Assembly (NCBI GenBank): GCA_002269645.1
Contig: NIVC01002036.1
Span: forward strand, 124,001-188,000
Source of the DNA: Macrostomum lignano
Lineage: Eukaryota
Length of the DNA: 64,000 nucleotides
Reading direction: 5' to 3'
A model generated the notes under the pieces. The model was given only the letters and a program-made list of their open reading frames with translations. It did no database searches and had not been told where the DNA came from. Of the stretch, positions 24,630 through 35,868 are shown piece by piece. A program made the position numbers and the translations under genes. How positions within the stretch are numbered: position 1 is the stretch's first letter; each line of letters begins with the position of its first letter.

Positions 24630-27600
24630 AGTGCACACAATTTGATTGGTATAGGTCTACTAGCAGAGCAGATAATAGGGCACAAATGAACCACACATCT
24701 GTATTTTTTATGTTAGACTGAAATTACAATAAATAAATATTTCTTTATACATGTATATAGAAATAAGTTTGCTATGTTGTTCAGAGCATATTATACTCTA
24801 TATCATCTAATATACTTTATTGCAAATGACTTATGAACTATATAATTTCATGTCATGATATCAATTTTATTTTTGATCTTATATTTGGGTTGGACTCTAG
24901 GTGTTATTTAAATTGTTTAATTTTTTTCTATTTTTTTAAAATATCAGTAGGGTCTAAGACTTAATATTATAATTGTTATAATTAAAAAAGCAATACATTG
25001 ACTGCTACCTCACAATAACAAAATATAGTTAAATATTTTTATAAGCTTTAAGCTAGCATGGCCCTGAATTCACACTCTGGATCATCTAATATACACCCAA
25101 TAATTCAGGCATCTATTGGCCTTTTATGCCAAAAGTTGGGTGTGTATAGTTGGTATACATGACTCCTAAGAAAATAATGTGCAAAAATTAGTATTAAGTA
25201 GAAAAAGGGTTGAAAAGTTCATTTTAAATATAAATTTCAAGCTAGCTGTCCAATTTTTTAAACTCATAATTAGGCATTTAAACAAATGTTTAAGTGTATT
25301 GATTCTCTATTATGAATAGTGTATATAGGAAAGATAAAAATAAAGCAAATTATTTGCCAAAAGGGTCTTTTAGTTTTACACAATGAAAAAAATGTAATTT
25401 ACTGCTTTAATGCAAAAACAGCATTCATTATTACAACACTGGCTTAGATTTGAGATTATGGGCATCCACTTATTTTTTGGCATGTATTTATAAATATTCA
25501 ATTTTTGTTTAAGTGTGCATCTAGCATGATCCAAACTATGGTCCTAAACTAAATATATAGGCCTAATATCTTGAAAAACAATTAAAGATAGGCCTAGGCC
25601 TAGGCCAGGCCCAATAAAAGACAAACACTAAACCATAAGCCCTAATAAGGGTTAAAGAGTTACTAATTATTGCTGCTGCTATACTCTGGAAAGCATATAT
25701 CATGCTAGAAAATTGTGGTATGCATTTTGTTTGGCCTAAAAATTGTGGCATGCATAGGTATGTATTTGGATATTACATGCCAAAAGTGGTGTATTGGCAT
25801 GCTATGGCATGAAATAGCAGATTTAATAGCCTAGAATGTGGCATAGCATGATAGTGAGGCATGTCTTGTTAAGACAAAAGTTTATGAAAAGACATAGTAT
25901 TGTAAAGAAATGAATTTGTACTTATTTTTATTGCAAAATGACAAGTAATTTTTATGCCAAAAAGAAACATAGTATATTTGTATGCTAAAATAGTTGAAGG
26001 CTTAATTTTTTTAGTGTATTTTAAACATAGGCCTAATTAAAGTTGCATGTTTTTTTTATATAGATATTTGTTTGTTTTGCACATCTGCAACTAAAAAAGG
26101 TCCTTTATTGTTGCAACCACAATAAAGGTCATTTATCATTGCAGCTAAAAAAATGATATTGGCATGGATCTACTTAATGCTAGCATGCATTGGTTTAAAG
26201 TATTCCCAAGTGCCTTCAACTCATAGTCAAGAAGGTTTCCTTTTCATAGAAAATTCTAGTGTAGAAAAGGGGGTTGGATATGCACTGTGCCAGTGCATTC
26301 CAGTGCAACAGCAGGCAAGGAGAAAAACCTAGCACAATAGGCCCTATGGTGCAAAAAATTGGCACAATTTGGTGCAAGACAAAAATGTCTAACAAGACTA
26401 TATTTTCTTTGACAAAAAATTAGCATATATAATTTTTTTATTAGCATTTTTTGTTTGCCAGTAGCAGTATATTGATGGTTTTTAAATTAATTTATAAAAA
26501 AGTTAATTAAATTTTTTATTAATTTTTTTTAATTTTATTAATTATTGTGTTAAGGTATCTAACAATTTCAACTATAGTCCTTAAGTCATATAGATTATTA
26601 TTAAGCAATCAGCAATAGCTGCAGCTATAAGCTAGGGTTAGGCCTATGGCTAGGCCCCTATGCAATTCTTGTTTGTTTTAGTAAAAGTTAGTCTTAATCT
26701 TTTAGCTTTACTATACATTTTACAATACTTTTCCTAACATTATTATTAGTGTCAAATGTCAAATATTTCAGAATGTGTCAAAAAAGCTGGGCCTACATGT
26801 CATTCTCATAGGCCTAGGCCTAGTCACATGTTTTAAAATAATTAAAAAAAATAAAATAAAGCCAAGGGCTAGATCTACACAACTCTAGCTAGGCATAAAA
26901 GGACATAAATTACAGCTTCGCCTTCCATTGATTGATGATTGGTATTTATTTGGTATCTCTAGTAAATTGAGTAATACTTTACAAGGCCTACAAGAGTTTT
27001 TTATAATAAATTACCATTATTTGAGCTTTAAATTAAATCAAAGAATGACAATTAACCTCGTATTCGATAGTAGTTCTTGGAACGTGACAAAGTTTTAATC
27101 TCAACCCGAAATGGTATAATTTAATCGTTTTAAACATATTTAGATAGCACCTTCATAGGCTATTTCTTATTAAGTTTGTTTTATATTTAGCCCAAACAAT
27201 TAGTAAAATGCGTCCTCACACCAAGTTTGTTTTACTTATTATGGTTTGTGCAATTACGTTTAATTGAGGATCCCATGAGGATGAGGACAATGCTCATAAC
27301 AGCCGGCCGATCATTTTCAACAGCGAACTCCGTCTCGGCCTTCAATATTCGTAACTGCAGCTTCAATCCATCTGTGGTAGTGGCGGCTACCACGAAGGCT
27401 GAAAGGAAACTGTGGTGAATTGAATATTGCTCATTAAAATTTCCCCCTTAATAATTTTGCTCATCAATTTTGCCTTAAATATTAATATTCGTGACTATTT
27501 CTCTAATATTTAGCGGAATGGGCGCCCGCGCCTTCCCGCTGTGTCCCTTCCGGGACAGCCCTGCAGCTAAGTCTCTAATATTTTCTTTACTTTGATTGTA

Positions 27601-30600
27601 TTTTCTCGTTGGCGTGATTATCCGTCATTTTCTGACGTCACGCCAATCGTTGGCCCAGGCGCTGCCCCACTCGGTGTTTTCACCCCCAAGTGGTGCCCCA
27701 TCTGCGGCCCCAGGCGATGTAAATCTTCCTTTTTGGCTCATTTTGCCATTTGTTCAAGTTACGGCCAGTAGAGGGGTCAGGTGGTGGTAAATGTTCATTC
27801 CACCCACTAATTCCCTGGGTGCCCCGCCCCCTGGCCAGATTGATTATTATAATTATATGGTGAAATGAATGCCCATTTTTTAACTCACTCTCTCCTCTGG
27901 TTTGTTTTCCCTCTTGTTAATCCTCGCTCTCCCTTCTCAGCTCTTTTGTTTTCTGCCTTTGTATCTCTCGTTTGTTAGTACATTAAACTTTATTTAGCCT
28001 ATCCCGGACCGGCACGCCGGATTCATTATCGCGTAGGCCGGCTCTCAAAATTAGCGATAACTACATTTACTTATTCAGCATAAAGGGTTTTAAATAAACA
28101 ACTTAATTAAATTCGACCGTTCGTTAATTAAGCCCATAGCTTTATTTTGAGTCATTTGCCCGTGGGGCGTAAAACAACCACAAGTTCTCACCTCAAAGAA
28201 ATCTCTGAGAATTTCAACGTTCCGTAATACGTAAATTACGGTGGTGGCAGCAACTACCCTACTGACAGACGCTAGTTCAACACATCGACGCATTAATTTA
28301 CGGAGACTGAATCTCCGGAGTTCTACAGCTGAACGACCGTGCCGCTCTACGACCGCTCCGCTACGATTGCAACTACCCTCCCCCCGGACTTGAGAACCCG
28401 GCAGCCGGAGTAAAAGGAGATAGTTTTCCCGTTGTGATTCGTCTGCGCGATTTTCCGGTTTTACTCGTGCGAACTCAACGTCGGCGGCAATTCAAACGCG
28501 GAATCCGCCCATCTCATTGGTATCAGCAAATATTTTAAAACCCGAAAGTTCCAAGATAACTTCTCCACCCCCACCTCACATCCTTATATAATTTTTTTCA
28601 ACGGATGTTTAAAATTGATATCACATTTCTTTGAAATATTGTGATAAACACAATTATGCTTAGGAAAACTAACTTTAACTTCTGTTGCGTGACTCGCAAT
28701 ATTTAATTGTAAAAAATAAGCTTTGCAAGCTATGTAGCTATACCTTAACTTTTCTTCTTAAAAAGTCGTTTCGTCTGCCGGCAGACGAAATGACCGCGCA
28801 CCGAAATATATATTATGCACCACAATAGGTAGCATTCAAGCCACTTTTGATCAATGTATTGTAGAGCCATTCGATCTTTTAGACGAACTAGCTACGAACC
28901 ATTTCATAGGGGAATGTAACATAAATTACTGGAACAGTACACGTTTTTTGTGACAATTGTACATCCAATTTGACCATTTTTAGATTGCGTAATTGGACTA
29001 TATGTAGTATAGAACGGCAAAAAAATTTACAGCTGTTACTGAAACAGAAATCAGCCAATGATGGGCACTACAATTAGCAAGTTTTTAGTCAAGAGCTATG
29101 TTATTGACGGGTTGGATAGACCTTACATTATCGCATTTGTTTAATAGTGTATTATAACTACTCGTACATGTAGCTGAATGCTATCAATTTGTCATGCGAA
29201 AAGCTAATCAATATCGCTATTCTTGCATTTTAATCAAAGTACACTATTAAAAAAACAAAAAAAGCTACTTATTTAGTTAAACAGCAGACTGCAAGCACAA
29301 GAATACAATTAAGATCATTTGTATTTTAACCAGCAACAATTCACAAACACAAAGTTGGTAAATGTACGCGCTAATTTATCGCAAATTTTCTTTGCAAGTT
29401 ACATTTTTATTATTTCACTTGAACATGCACGAATTGAGGCAATAGATAAATAAGCTTAATTGAACTTTAAAACACTTGTCAAAGAGGTTTGATATTTTTT
29501 ATAATATAAAAATATAAGAGTTAACTGTGCATCGGAGACAAAAATACTAGAGAAAACAGTTATATCATATTAAACAGCAAAAACCCTCCAATATAATGAC
29601 ATTTTTTACCAGAATGCGCAGTATTTGACCTTAAGACGTTGCTAATGCTTTAGAAAAGTTTTAACTTGTAACTACAACACAGTTTATCGAACATTTCGTT
29701 TATTAATACAAGTTTAAAATTAATATTTTCGAGTACATACGCAAAAAGGGCTGGGTGTCTTCAAATTTATGGTAACTGTAGTAGTGTAGTACTACACTAC
29801 ACTAGTAGTACTACACTAGTAGTACACTAGTCTATAGCCGTCAGTTTTTAATCTAGCTATAAAGCGTGTTTAGAAAAAAAATTACATAAGAATTCAATGC
29901 TGCACAACGTTTACTCACGCCAAAGAAAATCAATTAAAACTTTTAGCTTCTAAAGAATAAGTAGTATATTGAGAATATTACGATACACGGGCCCACGAAA
30001 AAGTTACACTGCTGAGACAACTAACGATGTTTGATACTTATATTAAAAAATAAACTTATAGTATAGAATGTTTTTATAATATATATTACAATGCTATATT
30101 AAACTTATTTTCAAAATACGTAGACGTAAATCAATTCAACACTTAAGCAATACTATATGTTTGGATGACATTTTTAACTCTTAGCTTGCAACTGAATTAT
30201 GTCAGTGAGAATTTTATATAGATACAACTTTAGAATAACTGAGAAAAACTCACGCATATTGACATCCTTGGATGGCTGCTGCGCATTTGCATAATAAATA
30301 TGCCCCATGGATAAAATTTATCTCTAATAGGTTGATAGGCGATTCAATGTGAACTCAGATAATAAATTTGGTAAAGTTGTTGGAATTCTGTAAAAGATGA
30401 TTTGCAATTAACGATCCTTTCAGTGTACATGCGAATGGCGTGGTGCGTTTTTTATGTAAACGATTTCATTATTAAATTATTGATTTAATTTTCGTACAGA
30501 TTTTTTGTGGCGAGTCGAGCAATTATTTTTATATTAATAGAATAATATTAGAAATAAAAGCTTAACTTACCGCTGTCACAACAGGGCCCATTGCACGCCA

Positions 30601-31609
30601 GTTATTTCATAAATCTAATGTGCAGCCAATTTTAATTGGTACGATTTGCTAAATACTAAAACAATGGAATATGGTGATTAATTTTCTACAAATAATCATG
30701 CTGCGATATTAATTAATAATTGGACTGTATAACACCCCCTAATTTATACTTTATACTATAAGATTTAAACATTTTTTTGAAGTAGAAAAAAAGTACGAGA
30801 GCGATGATTGGTTCAGTGAATGCTATCGATAAAACATGCTGAACCCAGTGGTTAGAAAAATTGGGGCGTACCCTCTAGGCCGGCGCCCCGGCGGCCCTCA
30901 AGGGTACGCCCCATCCCGCAAGATAAAAGTTTGTAGGTTTTCTTCTTTGTACGTATGAAATATTTTTGTGAGGAAATTATGTAAAGAGCAGAATTTTTAA
31001 AGTTGATTTTTTTAGTTTCGGGTGTTTTTGTGCTCGAACCTGACAGTACGCCTTTCAGTACGTGCAGTGGACAGTGGGGCGAACTATTGATATCCTTATT
31101 AATTATTTTCTTGTATAATGAGCTCATTATTTATTTGCATTGACCAATCCTCATACTACAGCTAACTTGAACTTTTAACCCTTTGAGCAGCCATCTCTTT
31201 GAAAAATTGCTGCAAGCTCCAAAGTGGGGTATAGGCGACTCGTGCAAATTTTTCTGAGTTTCATACACTTCAGAAATTGGATGTGAACGCAAAAGTGTGC
31301 GTTTTAGCCTACCTACTTATAAGTAATACCTTTTGATCTTCGAAATCAACGCAACAAAAAATATATTTTTTAATACTCCACTACTTAAGCACTAGCGCAT
31401 GTACAATGTTGCTTGTATTCTTAAGTTTTCATTTAGATGAGTCCGATTTGGTGGTCAATTCAGGATTTTTAAAGTAGTGGGGGCAGATTTGCCCAAATTT
31501 TTGTTTTGGTCTAAAAAGCCAAAGTAAGCTCAAAATTTACCCCCCTTATATGCAAGTCCAGCCATGGCAAAGGGGCGGCCGCCGGGTCTACTACATCTAC
31601 GAGTACATT

Positions 31610-31981
31610 TGACCGCCACAATTTGATCGCCGTTCTATTCAAGGTGAAATAGGGCGGCGGGCAAATTGTCTGGCGGGCAAATTGTCTGGCGGGCAAATTG
31701 TCTGGCGGGCAAATTGTCTGGCGGGCAAATTGTCTGGCGGGCAAATTGTCTGGCGGGCAAATTGTCTGGCGGGCAAATTGTCTGGCGGGCAAATTGTCTG
31801 GCGGGCAAATTGTCTGGCGGGCAAATTGTCTGGCGGGCAAATTGTCTGGCGGGCAAATTGTCTGGCGGGCAAATTGTCTGGCGGGCAAATTGTCTGGCGG
31901 GCAAATTGTCTGGCGGGCAAATTGTCTGGCGGGCAAATTGTCTGGCGGGCAAATTGTCTGGCGGGCAAATTGTGGCGGTCA
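31610..31981. mobile_element. MITE-like element nested in the EnSpm copy: 16-bp perfect TIRs and an internal 16-bp tandem array (ggcgggcaaattgtct, about 19 copies)
   Basis: tgaccgccacaatttg (31610-31625) is the exact reverse complement of caaattgtggcggtca (31966-31981). No TSD seen. Confidence 0.65.
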
Positions 31982-33476
31982 GTTTTCATATTCAGAGGCG
32001 GTCAGAGCTCAAATGGGACAGGTCATGAATAAATAACAATCTAACCCCCGCCTTGTCATTTTTCCGGATGAATAAATCCACTGAATCATAAAGGTTTCAA
32101 AGTGCCTTTGCGTTCTCATGACAGTTTTTGCCACTCAATTATTCTAGTCTTACTGAATCCCCGAGTTAACAGAAAATTATAGCTCGGCGCACGTCCGCCA
32201 GCTTGAATATTCTCGCTATATTGTTCTCTATTTGCGATCGTCTTTTACAACCCGACATCAATAAAACCCGTGTGGGCTTTATCTCTCATTAACAGAAATC
32301 TCTCATCAATTATAGCCTGTATAAAGCTTACTCATTTTGAGTTGCTCTTAGAAAAATGTTTTGAATTTCCTGGCCAGTGGCAATAACCCGTAATGACAGG
32401 GCAATGCAAGGAATTATTTTAACCTAGAGGTGACAGCTAATTTTGGCCAATTCATTTCAGTTGGGTGGGGGGGGGGGTTAGAAGAAAGGCTAGAGAAGTG
32501 ATATGGGAATTTCTACGTTGTACCGTTCTTGCCTGCTTAAGCGAACCTATGCGAAACAAACAAACTGTCCTGACTCCTTATCAGTGCAGGTCATCAAGTT
32601 TTTTCTATTCCCATATTGCACCAAAGATAAAGGAAGAACAAAGACGAATTTCGTGCGAGGCTTGACAAGGTCTGAACTATATATATATATATCCTACATT
32701 TTATAAGTTACAACCTAGCATAAACACATAAATACTTTGATACGGAAAGTATTGATTCGATCTGACCTAAAATAGGTGCCAGCAAAAGAAAGAAAATATT
32801 CATAGCATTTTATATGTGCTTAAAAGTAAAACCAGATGGTAACAGATGGAAATTACAGTTGTGCAGCTAGTTGATTATTATCAATGGGATAAGTAAAATA
32901 TTACAAAAATTCTGTTGGCTTGAATTGGAGGTAGGAATACTGTATACAATACCATTAGTATTTCATACTCGTATACTGGGGTTTAAGAAAATAAATCCCC
33001 CATTTCAGCCACATACAGCGGCATCACCTCCCACTAAGTTTCCGGCCCCTCCACCCCTCCTACACAGTTTTGAGCTAAATTACCCCTCCGGCCTCTATAA
33101 CACCGAATTTTAAGCTGTACCTAATTCTAGGGTTCAAGAATGTAAACAATAAAGATAGAATCAATATAATCAGTCTCTAAAATAACTCCAGTTCATGAAT
33201 GACCGATCGCCAGGCTTGTAGTAAACTCGTGAAACTGCGGATCCTAAAAGTAAAGATAAAATGGCAGTTGCGATCGAGTATGCATCGTAATATACTAATA
33301 TTTAACTCACAATCTACAATCATGTCTGCGTGTTGAAGCTGAGAACATATACAGGAAGAAATTGCAGAATTGCAGAATACAGGGAATACGAGAATCGAGA
33401 TAGAAGGAAATCGGATTGATATAAAAAACCAGAGAAAGATATTTTTAGTACTCACTTGCGACTCACGCGTCCTACA

Positions 33477-35504
33477 TCAGGCCTCCTCGGAGTCACCTGT
33501 CAGAGGAATGACAAAAAAATGGCTTGCTGGATCCCTGTCCGCTCCAGCAAGATTGGCAAGCAGATTCGCAGGCAAAATCCAGCACTTTCGCTCAGGTGTG
33601 CCAGTTAGAACACCAGATGTCATCCTGTACAAGCCGATTCCCAGACGCAAAGATGGATATGGGTTGGCGTAGATGTTGTCAACTGGGTGTAAAATCCTGC
33701 CAGTGACTTGATTAGCTTCACTTACAGCTTCGATTAGGACGCATACTTTGTCGATTATGCAACAATTATCACCTCGCTTTGTGCTGAATTTCAACGGTGG
33801 AATTCGCTGCTCATTCAACAGAAGATCGCGAACTCTGAGCACCTGCTTAACTGAATGCGCTGCCATGTGCCTTGTCACCTTTACGCGGCGCTTTACAGAT
33901 CCAAGAAAGTTTTCGAAAGGGAAAGTCGAAAAGTTGTTTAAACTGCCTAGCTTTCGGACAAACTCATCCAAATGAAGAATAGTGTGAAGATTGAAACTTA
34001 TAAACTTCTGGCCGTAAAGGTGGGCAGCCCGTTCAACAAAAACTTCAATGCAAGTTTTTGCCTGCGTCCACCACTTGGAGTACCTTTCGTTGGAGTATGC
34101 GTAAATGGCGAAATGGAGGTAAAGAAAGTGGTTATACCTTTCTTCATTTAAAATGCCTTTGAAGAGGACAGGTCCTAGGTACAGCAAGTACTGTCTGAAT
34201 TCAGTAGCCTTCATGTGCTTCAGTTCCAAGTCGATTTTCCGGGGTCTTCGTTGAAAGTTTGAAGGTGTCCAACCGGCAGCCATAGTAATTCGGTCGCCCA
34301 ATAGGCTCATCGGACCGGGATAGACGAGACACTTCTTGCCATTAGATTTGTCGAAAAATAGGTAAAATAGCTTCCTTGTGACTCCAAGGCATACGGCATG
34401 CTGGTAGTCAGGGGGAAAAGCATCGACAAAACTAATGTTAGGCAAATTTAGAAGGGGCGATAGAGCGATTTTTTTATTTTCCTGGTTAGACTCCTTTCCC
34501 TCTCGGTATTGTTGGCTGCTACGAGACTCCCCGACGCTCGTTGAAAATGTTACTCTGTTGTCGGTATAAGGTCCAGTAGCCCTGCAGTACATGCAACCGA
34601 CGTACGACATGTGCCCTTGAGTTACTGAGACCCAGGCTCGAGCAGGCGCATCGCAAACAAATCGGATAGTCGAGAAGCTGATGCTTAAATTTTCGATAAT
34701 TTTTATTGGACCCGTAAGAAAACGTTTAGCCTCGTCGCAAAATTGTCGAAGATAATCATTCAGAGGTGGCTTGCCACAACCAGCCCATACGGCTACTGGA
34801 AAAGGTCTGCTGAATATGCTGGGAATAGACATAAGTATGGGCCAAAGACCGAAGTGGCTTGCTCGGTACAAAGGCAAGCCGTCAAAATTAACGATGGCTT
34901 CAATTTTGTAAACCTTCTCAGTTTCACTATCGTGTTGTAGATATTCTGGCTTCATGTGCAGCTGGTTTTTGCGAAACATTAGTTCTAGATTTTTCAGAAT
35001 CGAAATGTAGCGAAAATGGCCTTTTCCCATGGGCTCCAATTTTTCCGTTGGATCGCCAGCATTGATGACGGCCTCAATAGAGTTGACAGACTTCGGCGCA
35101 GGCAAGCCTATGTCTCTTAGACCATCAACAAGGAATTTTTTAGATCCACGACTTAGGTTGAAACAAGAAAAGTAGACTACCAGCAAGGCGAATATTTTAT
35201 CTTCTAAAGAGCGGTCATCCTCTTTCTTGTCAATCTCCTCATCTTCATCGCTGCAAACTCGCGCGAACTCGTCAAAATCAGGATAGCTGCCATTGTCGTT
35301 GTCAAGATCTGGATCCGTACCTTCATTGACTTCTGCTACAGAGGACTCCGAAGCGATGAAACCGGCGACTCTCCCAGAATCATCTGCTTCGAATACTTTT
35401 CTTTTTTTCTCTTGCAGTGCGATGTCTTCCAAAGCTTCTTGTTCTCCTTCCATGAACAAGCCCAGCAAATCCTTATTTGCTTGTCGCCTCAATTGCCTTG
35501 TCAT
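33477..35504 (-). CDS. CMC/EnSpm-type DDE transposase, 675 aa, single exon
   Basis: Motifs VNFDGLPLY..LWPIL, FVCDAPARAW..GHMSYVGCMYC (CxxC), PPDYQHAVCLGV, KATEFRQYLLY, FNLHTILHL and FPFENFLG. The catalytic D, D and E are intact. Confidence 0.92.
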   Translation of the reverse strand: MTRQLRRQANKDLLGLFMEGEQEALEDIALQEKKRKVFEADDSGRVAGFIASESSVAEVNEGTDPDLDNDNGSYPDFDEFARVCSDEDEEIDKKEDDRSLEDKIFALLVVYFSCFNLSRGSKKFLVDGLRDIGLPAPKSVNSIEAVINAGDPTEKLEPMGKGHFRYISILKNLELMFRKNQLHMKPEYLQHDSETEKVYKIEAIVNFDGLPLYRASHFGLWPILMSIPSIFSRPFPVAVWAGCGKPPLNDYLRQFCDEAKRFLTGPIKIIENLSISFSTIRFVCDAPARAWVSVTQGHMSYVGCMYCRATGPYTDNRVTFSTSVGESRSSQQYREGKESNQENKKIALSPLLNLPNISFVDAFPPDYQHAVCLGVTRKLFYLFFDKSNGKKCLVYPGPMSLLGDRITMAAGWTPSNFQRRPRKIDLELKHMKATEFRQYLLYLGPVLFKGILNEERYNHFLYLHFAIYAYSNERYSKWWTQAKTCIEVFVERAAHLYGQKFISFNLHTILHLDEFVRKLGSLNNFSTFPFENFLGSVKRRVKVTRHMAAHSVKQVLRVRDLLLNEQRIPPLKFSTKRGDNCCIIDKVCVLIEAVSEANQVTGRILHPVDNIYANPYPSLRLGIGLYRMTSGVLTGTPERKCWILPANLLANLAGADRDPASHFFVIPLTGDSEEA

Positions 35505-35868
35505 TGTTTTCGTCCGAATCAGACTTTGATGATAGTTGACTGTTGTAATAATAATAAAGTAATTACTACGATTGCTTATTTCGTATTAAAGAAAGGATAT
35601 GAACAAAAGCTGGGAAGAATTGAAAACTATTCCTTTGGGGGTTTGTGCGCGCTGATTGGACAGGTATGGATGCGGGGACGGTAGGGCCAATGAAATTGGA
35701 AAAGCCAGGGCGGCCTTTTTCATTCGAAGAACTATAGAAGACAATTGCTTCTAGAAGCAACCTAAACCACTGAATCATTAAATAAGCATAAACTATAGTG
35801 TGAGCTCCAAACTCTTGCTTTATTTGGTACTCAGTTTTGCACTAGCATAGTCTAGTCTGCATGCTACA

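Noticed and set aside
29770-29832. TGGTAAC followed by a gtagtactacac low-complexity palindromic stretch as another element end
   Set aside because: No matching opposite end was found, and a 7-mer is expected several times by chance in 64 kb.
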